A stretch of DNA of 64,000 bases from an uncultured Candidatus Saccharibacteria bacterium (GCA_964574655.1 CAZNOH010000001.1:400247-464246); one strand, 5' to 3'. Positions 27,744 to 36,826 are shown, counted from the stretch's first letter. Translations and numbers: made by a program. Notes: generated by a model not told the origin, from the sequence alone.

Positions 27744-28940
27744 ATGCTAAAAAAAATAATTTCATTATCGTTGGCGATATTTTTAGTCTTCTTTTTTGGC
27801 TATAAAGTTCTTGCAGCAAATTTGAATGATCAGTTGGATGTCAAGAAGGATAATATTCAACAAATTGATCAGAAAATTCAGGAATTGCAACAACAAATTG
27901 AGCAAAAACAAAATGAGCAAGTAACATTAAAAAATCAGATTACGATATTTGATACAGAAATAGAAAAAACAAAAGCGCAAATACAAAAGACTCAGGTTGA
28001 AACTGAGAGAACTAACTTAGAAATTGACAAACTAAAAATTGAAATTGATTTAAAGAAAAAAGAAATTGCCAATCAAAAAATTATATTAGGCGAGTATATT
28101 AGATTGATTTATGAGTATGATCAAGTAAGCGCAATTGAAATTTTGTTTGGTTATAATTCTTTTTCTGATTTTTTGGATCAAATGGAAAATGTGGAAACAT
28201 TGGAAAATAAAGGACAGCAGACATTAGATCAAGTTCAGAGAATTAAAATTGAAATGGATAGCAACAAGAAGGATTTAGATTCAAAGGCAAAAGATTTAGC
28301 TAATTTGGATGATCAGCTTAGCTTTGAGAAAGAAGAACTTAGTGGCAAGAAAATTGGCAAGGAAAATATTTTAGTACAAACAAAAGATAAAGAGGAAGAA
28401 TTTCAATCCTTATTAGTAAAGGCGAAAGAAGAACAAGATATTGCAAATAATGAAATCTATGCAATTGAACAGCAAATTAGAAGTCAGCAACAAGATGATC
28501 CTCAGCAAGATGATTGGCAAGATGTGGGTGGCGCAGAACTAGGTTGGCCGATAAATCCAGTGCAGGGAATTAGTGCTTATTTTATGGATCCTTCTTATTA
28601 TGCTTTTTGGGGACTTCAGCATTATGCGATTGATATTCCAGCTCCACAAGGAACTCCGATGCATGCACCAGCTGATGGATATGTCGCAAAATACAGTGAT
28701 GCTGGGCTAGGATATAGCTATATTCTTCTCTATCATGGCAATGGTCTTTCAACTGTTTTTGGTCATGCCTCAGCTTGTTATGTTGCTGAAGGATCAAATG
28801 TAAAGCGTGGTGATGTTATCGGTCTTTCTGGTGGTATGCCTGGCAGTCGTGGAGCTGGTTTTATGACTACTGGTCCACATTTACATTTTGAAGTTCGTAT
28901 TAATGGCAATCCAGTCGATCCAATGAAATACTTAAAATAG
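27744..28940 (+). CDS. M23 peptidase with an N-terminal coiled coil (EnvC-like)
   Basis: HYAIDI...D and HLHFEV metal motifs. Long Q/E/K coiled coil. Confidence 0.8.
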   Translation: MLKKIISLSLAIFLVFFFGYKVLAANLNDQLDVKKDNIQQIDQKIQELQQQIEQKQNEQVTLKNQITIFDTEIEKTKAQIQKTQVETERTNLEIDKLKIEIDLKKKEIANQKIILGEYIRLIYEYDQVSAIEILFGYNSFSDFLDQMENVETLENKGQQTLDQVQRIKIEMDSNKKDLDSKAKDLANLDDQLSFEKEELSGKKIGKENILVQTKDKEEEFQSLLVKAKEEQDIANNEIYAIEQQIRSQQQDDPQQDDWQDVGGAELGWPINPVQGISAYFMDPSYYAFWGLQHYAIDIPAPQGTPMHAPADGYVAKYSDAGLGYSYILLYHGNGLSTVFGHASACYVAEGSNVKRGDVIGLSGGMPGSRGAGFMTTGPHLHFEVRINGNPVDPMKYLK

Positions 28941-28942
28941 CA

Positions 28943-28985
28943 AGCGCTGATTTTACGCTGATTTCGAACGCTGATATACGCTGAT
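28943..28985 (+). repeat. ACGCTGAT x4 array, copy 1
   Basis: agcgctgatttt acgctgatttcga acgctgatat acgctgat. Located 3 nt after the M23 stop. Confidence 0.9.
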
Positions 28986-29030
28986 ATAAAATTTGTTAAA
29001 ATTTGACGATTCTAGCGTTTTATATATCTA

Positions 29031-29058
29031 ACCAGGTATCAATTCACCTGGTTTTTGT
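29031..29058 (+). terminator. Rho-independent terminator after the M23 peptidase gene
   Basis: ACCAGGT-atcaattc-ACCTGGT followed by TTTTTGTTG. Confidence 0.6.
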
Positions 29059-29631
29059 TGAGTTAGTTATAAGTTATCAGTTAAAAGTTATATATTTATA
29101 ATATTTATCAAAGACACTACTCTTTTCTTTTTTATTTTTTGAAGAAAGGCGAGATTGAACTTGGTTTAGGAACTTTGTAGAGAGTGAATCATTTATTTAT
29201 TTTTTAATTAATATAATAAATAAGTGAGAAGGCACGGAGGGATGGCACAGTGGTGGTTGGTTTGATTAATGATATATTAATTATTAAATAGGATATAATA
29301 ATTAATATAAAAAATAAAATAGGCTAAGGGGAGTCGTTCAGGATTGAATACGTCGCAAAAGATATATTGTGCGACGTGATGTCTCTTTGCGCTTTCTTTT
29401 GAACTGACTAACTTTTAACAAATTTTAATTAATCTTTTATATTATTTATTTAATTATTTTCATAAATAATTCGGAAATTCTTGGTGGCACTTCGTCTTCT
29501 GGTTGCCTGACTGTTGATTATTTTGTTAATTAATTATAAAAATAAATAATTAATTCGGGCTTCCCTGTTCTCTGTTGACTTTTTGGTCAAAAATGAAGCA
29601 AAGATTGGTTGAGTAGATTTATTAATGTATA

Positions 29632-29657
29632 AGAGCTATATAATGCTCTTTTTTTTG
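29632..29657 (+). terminator. Weak hairpin plus T8 (possible plus-strand terminator of an unannotated transcript)
   Basis: AGAGC-tatataat-GCTCT followed by tttttttt. Confidence 0.35.
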
Positions 29658-29659
29658 TT

Positions 29660-29689
29660 ATCAAAAAACGCTAGATTGTTTCTAGCGTT
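29660..29689 (-). terminator. Rho-independent terminator of the L,D-transpeptidase gene
   Basis: AACGCTAGA-ttgtt-TCTAGCGTT preceded by an A-run (a T-run on the minus strand). Confidence 0.55.
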
Positions 29690-29709
29690 CTAAAAGTTTT
29701 TATAATTCC

Positions 29710-31167
29710 CTATTCAACAACAACTGGCGTGTCAATTGGTGCCCAATTGTAAATCCATTCTGCATCTGGCGTGTACATATTAACGCAACCATGACTCATT
29801 TGATTGCCAAAATTGCTATGCCAGTATGTTCCATGAATTGTATATGGTCCATTAAAGGACAAGACAAATGGTACTCCAGGTAAATCATAGTTGTTAGGAT
29901 TACCAGGGCCATAGACATACGACATTCTGGTTGATCTGATTTTGCTGAAAACTTTGAAATCACCTGTTGGCGTTGGGAATGAATCAAGACCGGAAGAAAT
30001 AAGAAAAGAATCTAGCAATTCTCCATCTTCATACGCATATAAGGTTTGATTTGCTAAATTAACATGAATATATTTACCTTCTTTGTATTCTGGTTCCCAG
30101 GTTGGTTGTGGTGGATATTGATCAGTGTCTCTAGTTTTGAATGCATATTCTTTATCGCCTTCTAAAAAAGAAGCGTCTTGTGTACTTTTAATGCCACTAG
30201 CTATTTTAATTTTATATTCAGTGTTTTTAGCAAACTGATCTTCAGGAATAAAAGTCATAGTATTATCTTTCCATTCTATATTCCCTTTTGTTTCTGGAGC
30301 CAAAGTAAAATTGCTTTCTACTTGTTGATGATCAACTGGCTTGTTGAAAGCTAGAGATATCTTTCTTTTGACGTGGACATTTTGATCATTGTTTTCTGGC
30401 AATTCTTTTGTAATTTCAACAGGTGGTAATGTCGCAAAATGAAAAACTTGGGTGTCTATCGCCTTTTTATTTGGTGCATAGGTTTGTTTTACGGTAAAAG
30501 TGTAGTCAATTCCCTGTCCTAGCTGAGTAACTGGATCAATTATAAAAGCTGTTTGATTATTTTCTTCAATCTTATCTTTTACTTTTAACTCTGTTGTTGG
30601 CTCTAGTTTAAAATTAAAACTAAAATAATCACCAATTCCATCAACTGTAATTTTTAGTTCCGGTTTGATGTTAATATCTTTTTGATCATTTTTTGGATAA
30701 GTATCAACAATTTTAAAAGGTTTAACTGTGGAAAAAGCATAGGTGCGATTTTTAATTTTGGTACCAAAAACACTTTCTATGTCGCCTATTTCGATTGAGT
30801 AGTTTTTGTTTTCATCAAAGTATGTTTCTGGTGAGAAAACTAGTACTTTTGAATAGCCGAAAAGATAGTTTCTTTCCCAAGTAATTTTTCCTTTTGTTTG
30901 TGGATAAATGGAAAAAGAAGATTGAGCTTTTTTTTCGGAAATAGGAATATTGTATTTTATTCTTATTTTTTCATTCGGCTGGACTAGTTCCGTGCTATTA
31001 TTATTTCTTATTGTATAAACCTCATAAATTTGATAAAGATCTTGATAAGCTATAGCAAAAATAAAACCTAAGGCAATTAAAAAAAATAAAGTGAGAATGC
31101 AAAATGCGCTCTTATTAATTTTAAAATAAAAAAACTTTGATAATATACTTTTTTTGTTTGTTTTCAT
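29710..31167 (-). CDS. L,D-transpeptidase (YkuD domain) with N-terminal Ig-like repeats
   Basis: C-terminal TIHGTYWHSNFGNQMSHGCVNM catalytic His/Cys motif. TM anchor. Confidence 0.7.
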   Translation of the reverse strand: MKTNKKSILSKFFYFKINKSAFCILTLFFLIALGFIFAIAYQDLYQIYEVYTIRNNNSTELVQPNEKIRIKYNIPISEKKAQSSFSIYPQTKGKITWERNYLFGYSKVLVFSPETYFDENKNYSIEIGDIESVFGTKIKNRTYAFSTVKPFKIVDTYPKNDQKDINIKPELKITVDGIGDYFSFNFKLEPTTELKVKDKIEENNQTAFIIDPVTQLGQGIDYTFTVKQTYAPNKKAIDTQVFHFATLPPVEITKELPENNDQNVHVKRKISLAFNKPVDHQQVESNFTLAPETKGNIEWKDNTMTFIPEDQFAKNTEYKIKIASGIKSTQDASFLEGDKEYAFKTRDTDQYPPQPTWEPEYKEGKYIHVNLANQTLYAYEDGELLDSFLISSGLDSFPTPTGDFKVFSKIRSTRMSYVYGPGNPNNYDLPGVPFVLSFNGPYTIHGTYWHSNFGNQMSHGCVNMYTPDAEWIYNWAPIDTPVVVE

Positions 31168-31169
31168 GC

Positions 31170-31214
31170 AAGCGCTGATTATATGCTGATTTCCAACGCT
31201 GATTTGACGCTGAA
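31170..31214 (+). repeat. ACGCTGAT x4 array, copy 2
   Basis: aagcgctgattat atgctgatttcca acgctgatttg acgctgaa. It starts 3 nt from the ldt start codon. Confidence 0.85.
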
Positions 31215-31220
31215 AATTTG

Positions 31221-31592
31221 CTATTTATTTCGATTTTTATAATCTTGTATGGCTTTGTGTAAAGCATCGGCAGCTAAATTAGAGCAATGCTCTTTAATTG
31301 GTGGTAATTTTCCTAAAGCATCAGAAACGTCGCCTCTTGATATTTTTTCAGCTTGTTCTAGTGTTTTTCCTTTTGCTAGGTCTGTAATCATTGAAGAAGT
31401 TGCTATTGCTGCAGCACAACCTAAAGTTTGAAACTTTATATCTTCTATTTTATTATCTTTTACTTTTATGTAAAGCTTCATCATATCCCCACATAGAGGA
31501 TTTCCTACTTGACCCAGACCGTCTGGATTTTCTATCGCACCCATGTTGTGTGGATTTTTAAAATGATCTATTACTTTTTCTGTATATTGCAT
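31221..31592 (-). CDS. iscU: Fe-S cluster scaffold protein (IscU/NifU-like)
   Basis: GNPLCGDMM...LGCAAAIATSSM...HCSNLAA conserved Cys/His. Confidence 0.75.
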   Translation of the reverse strand: MQYTEKVIDHFKNPHNMGAIENPDGLGQVGNPLCGDMMKLYIKVKDNKIEDIKFQTLGCAAAIATSSMITDLAKGKTLEQAEKISRGDVSDALGKLPPIKEHCSNLAADALHKAIQDYKNRNK

Positions 31593-31636
31593 AATTTAAG
31601 TTCTTAAAGTTGTAAAGTTTTTAAAGTTATAAAGTC

Positions 31637-32803
31637 TTACTTGATTGGTGAAATCGTTCTTAATCTTGTAATGATCTTTTTCAATACTTCTACGGTTTTA
31701 TTTACGTCTTCCATCGTGTTTTCTTTACCAAAGCTAAAGCGAATACTGCCATGTGCTTGGAGATGGGATTTACCCAAAGCTAAAAGGACGTAAGATGGAC
31801 TTAAAGAGCCAGAAGCGCATGCTGATCCAGTTGAAACTTCAATGCCTTCAAAATCTAAGTTTAGCATTATACTTTCACCTTCGACTTTGTCGAAACTAAT
31901 ATTGGCATTATTTGGCAGGCGTTTGGTTTGGGAGCCATTTAGGTGCGAGCCTGTAATTTCTGTAAGTATCTTTTTTACTAATTTGTCTCTAAGAGACTGA
32001 ACTCTTTTGTTGTTCACTTCTCTATTCTTTTTTACAATTGATAATGCCTCGCCTATTCCTACAATGCCAGGAGTGTTTAAAGTTCCAGCTCTAAGATTAA
32101 ATTCTTGATGTCCGCCATGTTGAATTGGCTTTATCTTTGTTTTTTTTTTGATATATAGAATGCCCATTCCTTTTGGACCGCAGATTTTGTGTCCTGATAA
32201 GGATAATAAATCTGTTTTTAGTGCTTTTGTATTGCAATTTAGGTAGCCAGCTGCTTGCGTTGCATCAGTATGAAAGTAGATTTTGTTTTTTCTTTTCTTG
32301 TTAATTTTTTCAACTTGTTCGCCTATTTCTTTGATTGGTTGGATTGTGCCGATCTCATTATTTGCATACATAATTGAAATAAGAATTGTGTTTTCTTTGA
32401 TTGCTTTCTGAACAACATTTGTGTTCACTACTCCGTCATGAGTAACTGGCAATATCGTTACTTCTACCCCCCTACTCTTTAGATTTTTAACAACTTCTAA
32501 AATTGCTGGATGTTCAATATTTGTGGTTATAACGTGAGGCTTTTTAGTTTCTGTGGCGTCAATTATGCCTTTTAAGGCTAAATTGTTGCTTTCTGTTGCT
32601 CCTGATGTAAAGATAACCTCATTTGTTTCGCAATTCAAAAAATCAGCTACTTGCTGTCGCGCTTTATCTGTTCCTGCCAATGCTTCTTGGCCGGCAGTAT
32701 GAATTGAGCCTGAATTGCCAAAAATTTTATTAAAATATGGCTGCATAGCTTTTAGAACATCTGGATCTAAAGGCGTGGTTGCAGCATGGTCGAGATATAT
32801 CAT
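31637..32803 (-). CDS. iscS: Cysteine desulfurase (class V aminotransferase, IscS/NifS-like)
   Basis: PLP site SGHKICGPKG. IHTAGQEA motif. Active-site Cys loop SGSACASGS. Confidence 0.85.
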   Translation of the reverse strand: MIYLDHAATTPLDPDVLKAMQPYFNKIFGNSGSIHTAGQEALAGTDKARQQVADFLNCETNEVIFTSGATESNNLALKGIIDATETKKPHVITTNIEHPAILEVVKNLKSRGVEVTILPVTHDGVVNTNVVQKAIKENTILISIMYANNEIGTIQPIKEIGEQVEKINKKRKNKIYFHTDATQAAGYLNCNTKALKTDLLSLSGHKICGPKGMGILYIKKKTKIKPIQHGGHQEFNLRAGTLNTPGIVGIGEALSIVKKNREVNNKRVQSLRDKLVKKILTEITGSHLNGSQTKRLPNNANISFDKVEGESIMLNLDFEGIEVSTGSACASGSLSPSYVLLALGKSHLQAHGSIRFSFGKENTMEDVNKTVEVLKKIITRLRTISPIK

Positions 32804-32909
32804 AAAAAACTTGAAAAACTAAAAATATAATAAATTAACTAAAGATAATATAGCATAAACATGATTAGTTTGTAAAGTTCATAAAGTTTTAAAGTTATAA
32901 AGTAAATTT

Positions 32910-33425
32910 TTATTTTATACTCGCGCTTGGTTCATAGCCTGCTTTTTCGGCTGCTTTTGCATCAGGAAAACAGATTTTGTTTTGCTCGCTAAGACTTTTT
33001 GCTGATGATGAGTCTGCATTATAGTATTTATGTCCTCTGCTACTTGCAACAAATTCACATCCATCATTTTTTGTAGATGTTTTAGCATCTTTTTTGGGTT
33101 TTTCTGTATTTTCTTTTTGTTCCTTGATGCTTTTCGTGCTCGAGTTGTCTTGTTCTGGTGTTTTAGTTGTTTCTGTGTGAAAGGTGTTTATATTTTGCTG
33201 AGGTTGTTCAATCTTTGCTTCTAGTCGTGTATTTTCTTTTATTTCGATTGGTATTGTTTGTTTATTGACCGATATTCTGCCAGCAGCAAAGCTGCATGCA
33301 GTGATTAAAATTGCACCAACTGTTAATATTATTTTATCTTGATTGTTTTTAAAAAAATCCTTGATTTTTTGCATAAATTTTGTTATTTTTATTATAGTTC
33401 TTTTGATAAGAAGAAAAGGAGGCAA
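32910..33425 (-). CDS. Hypothetical membrane-anchored protein with a C-terminal Ada-Zn-binding-like YH..C...AxxAGY motif
   Basis: TM near the N-terminus. C-terminus DGCEFVASSRGHKYYNADSS...ICFPDAKAAEKAGYEP. Confidence 0.3.
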   Translation of the reverse strand: MPPFLLIKRTIIKITKFMQKIKDFFKNNQDKIILTVGAILITACSFAAGRISVNKQTIPIEIKENTRLEAKIEQPQQNINTFHTETTKTPEQDNSSTKSIKEQKENTEKPKKDAKTSTKNDGCEFVASSRGHKYYNADSSSAKSLSEQNKICFPDAKAAEKAGYEPSASIK

Positions 33426-33427
33426 GG

Positions 33428-33901
33428 ATGATTAGGCTGAATTTGTTAGAAACTCCAGAAGCCGAGGAATTGAGAAGGTGTAGTAAAAATTTTGTTATAA
33501 TTGGAGTTCCTCATGATACAGAATTTGATTTTCTTAGGCATTTGATCGATTTTAGAAGGATTGTGCCTGATAGAGATGACCAAAACTGGATTAGTCTTAT
33601 TGAACCTTGTCTTGAGCTTCCTAAAACAATTGAATTTTTAAGAAAAAGAAAGCCTGATTTAGTTCTTTTATCTACTATTTTTGATCACGGAATTTTTTAT
33701 TGCATAAGAGAAGCAATTGGAGACCAAGCTCTTCTTATTGCATTTTCGACATTTGGCGTTTCTGATCAGCATAGAGCTATCTTGCTAGAGTATGTAAATG
33801 GAATAATAGAACGTTCTAAACGACAAAATGCTTTATGCGAAATAAAGTCCGTAACTTCTTTGAGCTATTGGGATTGGTTGTACCAAAGAGCGAAGAGCTA
33901 A
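33428..33901 (+). CDS. Hypothetical protein in the position usually held by rplU; strong SD and higher GC
   Basis: AAAGGAGG at -8. No similarity to L21 or Prp. Confidence 0.35.
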   Translation: MIRLNLLETPEAEELRRCSKNFVIIGVPHDTEFDFLRHLIDFRRIVPDRDDQNWISLIEPCLELPKTIEFLRKRKPDLVLLSTIFDHGIFYCIREAIGDQALLIAFSTFGVSDQHRAILLEYVNGIIERSKRQNALCEIKSVTSLSYWDWLYQRAKS

Positions 33902-33916
33902 TGAGCTCTTTTTTTG
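33893..33916 (+). terminator. Rho-independent terminator
   Basis: AAGAGCT-aatg-AGCTCTT followed by TTTTTG. Confidence 0.5.
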
Positions 33917-33921
33917 TTTTA

Positions 33922-33950
33922 TTGACAATTTATTTTTTAAATGCTAATAT
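33922..33950 (+). promoter_or_regulatory. Sigma70-like promoter TTGACA-N17-TAATAT for rpmA
   Basis: ttgaca atttattttttaaatgc taatat. Confidence 0.55.
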
Positions 33951-33983
33951 ACTATATATATTAATCATTAATATCGTAAATAT

Positions 33984-34256
33984 ATGGCACATCGTAAAGC
34001 TGGCGGAAGTACCCAACTTGGGCGCGATTCTAAAGCGCAACGTCTTGGAGTTAAGAAATTTGCTGGTGAAAAAGTGAAGACTGGCAATATTATTGTACGT
34101 CAAAGAGGTACAGAATACTATCCTGGAAAAAATGTTAAGCAAGGTTGCGATGATACTATTTTTGCATTAAAAGAAGGAGTAGTTGAATTTAATTCTAAAA
34201 TGACAAAGAAATTTAACGGACGTTTAAAAAAGACTTGTTTTGTAAATGTCAAATAA
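33984..34256 (+). CDS. rpmA: 50S ribosomal protein L27
   Basis: [24 protein letters not shown]... Confidence 0.9.
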   Translation: MAHRKAGGSTQLGRDSKAQRLGVKKFAGEKVKTGNIIVRQRGTEYYPGKNVKQGCDDTIFALKEGVVEFNSKMTKKFNGRLKKTCFVNVK

Positions 34257-34258
34257 CA

Positions 34259-34302
34259 AGCGCTGATTTGACGCTGATTACTAACGCTGATCTAACGCTG
34301 AT
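34259..34302 (+). repeat. ACGCTGAT x4 array, copy 3
   Basis: agcgctgatttg acgctgattacta acgctgatcta acgctgat. It starts 3 nt after the rpmA stop. Confidence 0.9.
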
Positions 34303-34304
34303 AA

Positions 34305-34335
34305 TAAAAAATCGCTGATGAGGCGATTTTTTTGA
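34305..34335. terminator. Bidirectional rho-independent terminator between the convergent rpmA and pyrG
   Basis: AAAAAATCGC-tgatgag-GCGATTTTTTT. Confidence 0.7.
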
Positions 34336-34337
34336 GA

Positions 34338-35969
34338 TTATTTTTTGTTATCTATACAAGCTTTTATGAAGCTTTTGAATAGTGGATGTGGGTTTTCTAA
34401 CCTTGACTTAAATTCTGGATGAAATTGCGTACCAACAAACCATGGATGTTTATCTAGTTCAACAATTTCAGCAAGATCTAATTTTGGATTAATGCCAGTA
34501 ATTTTTAGACCATTTTTTTCTAATATTTCTTTGTATTTATTATTTATCTCATATCTATGACGATGGCGCTCTTGAATAATTTCTTTGCCATATGCTTTGA
34601 AGGCTTTTGTGTCTTTTTTAATTTTACATTCATATGCTCCTAATCTATTTGAAGCGCCATATTGTTTTTTAGCTAAAAGCTCTTTTTGTGCTTCCATAAC
34701 ATCAATGATGGGATTCCTTGTATTTGGGTCGTTCTCTGTTGTGTTAGCATCTTTTATTTTGCAGATGTTTCTGGCAAATTCTATGACTGCCATTTGTAAT
34801 CCGTAGCAAAGACCAAAATATGGTATTTTATTTTCGCGAGCGAATTTGACAGCATTTATTTTTCCTTCCACTCCCCTTTTTCCATAACCTCCAGGAACAA
34901 TGATACCATCATTGTTCTTTAATTCTTCAACTTTTTCAGGATTTTTTTCATAGGATTCTGCATCAAGCCAATTTATTATAGGGTTGACGTTGTTTGCCCA
35001 GCAGGCATGTTTTATTGCTTCTATCACAGAAATGTATGAATCTCCTTGCGAGAAATCTCCGGAAGTGAAATATTTACCGACAATTCCAATTTTTATTTCT
35101 TTTTTTACTTCCTTGATTGTTTTTACTAATTTTTTCCAATTGCTTAGACTTGCTTTTTTCTTTGGTTTAACGTCAAAGAATTTTAAAACGCATTCAGCTA
35201 CTTTTTGTTTTGCTAAAATTAGTGGAACTTCATAAATTGATTTGACATCTGGATTGGAAAAAATGTTTTCAATGGAAATATCTGTATTGCGTGAAAGAAC
35301 CTCCATACGATGTTTGTCCATGTATGTTGTAGAACGGCCGATGAATATATCTGGGACAATTCCAGCTGAAAATAGAGTTCTAACTGAGTATTGAGCTGGT
35401 TTTGATTTCATTTCTCCAATACTTGGAGGAATTGGAAGATATGCGATATGAATATTGAGGACATTTTTTTTAAGCTCATGTTTCATCATTCTATCTGCTT
35501 CTAAAAATAAAATTTGCTGATATTCGCCGACTGTACCGCCGAATTCAACAATTGCAAAGTCAGCTTTGTTTTTTTCGGCTGCTAATTTTATTCTTCTGAT
35601 TATTTCTTCTGGAACATGTGGTACAACCTCGACATCTTCGCCGTTATATTCTAGATTTCGTTCTCTTTTTATGACTTCTTGGTATATTTGGCCAGTTGTA
35701 AGAAAGCATTCTTTTCTTATGTCTTGATTAAGAAATCTTTCGTAAGTACCAAGATCTTGATCGCATTCCATTCCATCTTCAGTGACGTAAACTTCGCCGT
35801 GTTCGGTTGGTCTAATTGTTCCGGCATCAATATTAACATACATTTCGCACTTAATATTTACGACCTTAAAGCCTAAATCTTGCAGAAGCTTTCCAATTGA
35901 TGCAGATGTAATGCCTTTGCCCAAGGATGAAATAACACCTCCTGTTACGAAGATATATTTTGGTTGCAT
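34338..35969 (-). CDS. pyrG: CTP synthase
   Basis: 543 aa. N-terminal synthase domain VTGGVISSLGKGI. C-terminal glutamine amidotransferase GLCYGLQ. Confidence 0.9.
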   Translation of the reverse strand: MQPKYIFVTGGVISSLGKGITSASIGKLLQDLGFKVVNIKCEMYVNIDAGTIRPTEHGEVYVTEDGMECDQDLGTYERFLNQDIRKECFLTTGQIYQEVIKRERNLEYNGEDVEVVPHVPEEIIRRIKLAAEKNKADFAIVEFGGTVGEYQQILFLEADRMMKHELKKNVLNIHIAYLPIPPSIGEMKSKPAQYSVRTLFSAGIVPDIFIGRSTTYMDKHRMEVLSRNTDISIENIFSNPDVKSIYEVPLILAKQKVAECVLKFFDVKPKKKASLSNWKKLVKTIKEVKKEIKIGIVGKYFTSGDFSQGDSYISVIEAIKHACWANNVNPIINWLDAESYEKNPEKVEELKNNDGIIVPGGYGKRGVEGKINAVKFARENKIPYFGLCYGLQMAVIEFARNICKIKDANTTENDPNTRNPIIDVMEAQKELLAKKQYGASNRLGAYECKIKKDTKAFKAYGKEIIQERHRHRYEINNKYKEILEKNGLKITGINPKLDLAEIVELDKHPWFVGTQFHPEFKSRLENPHPLFKSFIKACIDNKK

Positions 35970-35979
35970 AAATTAAACT

Positions 35980-36023
35980 AGCGCTGATCTAACGCTGATT
36001 TTTAACGCTGATCTGACGCTGAT
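35980..36023 (+). repeat. ACGCTGAT x4 array, copy 4
   Basis: agcgctgatcta acgctgattttta acgctgatctg acgctgat. 10 nt upstream of the pyrG start codon. Confidence 0.9.
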
Positions 36024-36052
36024 GACAAAATTAATATTTAAAGATTTTTGTT

Positions 36053-36499
36053 TTATTTTTTGATGACAATGACTTTAATATCAGCTGAAATTTCAGGAGC
36101 AAATTTTAGTTTGACTTTGTACTCTCCTGTATTTTTAATTGCAGATGATAGAGCTACAACTTTTTCGTCAATATCTAGCTTCAATTGCTCTTTTATATTT
36201 TCGGAAATAACTTTTGCTGTTATTGAACCAAACAAAATTCCTTCTTCGTTTGCTTTAGAAGCAATTTTGATTTCTTTTTGATTTATTGTTTCAGCTAAAT
36301 CTTTTGCTTGCTTCAAAGCTTCTTCTTTTCTTTTCTTTATTTCAGTTTGCATTTGTTTTGCCAATTCAATCTCTTTTGTAGTTGCTAAGACAGCTAATTT
36401 TTTTGGCAAAAGAAAATTCTTACCAAAGCCCAAAGTTACTTCTTTGATTTCGCCTGTAAAACCTAATTTTTCGACATCCTTTTTTAAAACAACTTTCAT
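36053..36499 (-). CDS. rplI: 50S ribosomal protein L9
   Basis: MKVVLKKDVEKLGFTGEIKEV..GFGKNFLLP. Confidence 0.85.
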   Translation of the reverse strand: MKVVLKKDVEKLGFTGEIKEVTLGFGKNFLLPKKLAVLATTKEIELAKQMQTEIKKRKEEALKQAKDLAETINQKEIKIASKANEEGILFGSITAKVISENIKEQLKLDIDEKVVALSSAIKNTGEYKVKLKFAPEISADIKVIVIKK

Positions 36500-36550
36500 A
36501 AAAATATAAAAAATTAAATATAAAAAAATAAAAACACATATTAAAAATAG

Positions 36551-36826
36551 TTATAATTCTATCGTAAACTGATTGAACTGGCTTGTTGGTTTTGACCAGC
36601 TTATTTTTACATCTGTAACCAGTGCGAGCCTTGGGCCTGTTTTGGCGTGGTTTATAAGTTCTTGCAATTTATCATCTTCACCTTCAGCAACTGCTATCAA
36701 TGTGCCATTTGTTTCATTTTTGACATAGCCTTTAAGATTTAGCAAATCAGCCTTTTCTTTGATAAATTGCCTAAAAAAAATACCTTGAACTTTGCCAGAA
36801 ATAGCTAGTTCTAATCTTTTGAACAT
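36551..36826 (-). CDS. Acylphosphatase
   Basis: VQGIFFRQF and GYVKNETNGT motifs. Confidence 0.7.
   Translation of the reverse strand: MFKRLELAISGKVQGIFFRQFIKEKADLLNLKGYVKNETNGTLIAVAEGEDDKLQELINHAKTGPRLALVTDVKISWSKPTSQFNQFTIEL

Noticed and set aside
29300-29600. Assigning the ORF-free region specifically to tmRNA or RNase P RNA
   Set aside because: Only short partial resemblances were found (GGGGAGUCGUUCAGGAUUGAAUACG versus the tmRNA 5' end; ACAGAGAACAGGGAAGCCCG versus P4). There is no T-loop/CCA end and no CR-I GGAAAGUCCGG. It is left as an unclassified candidate.
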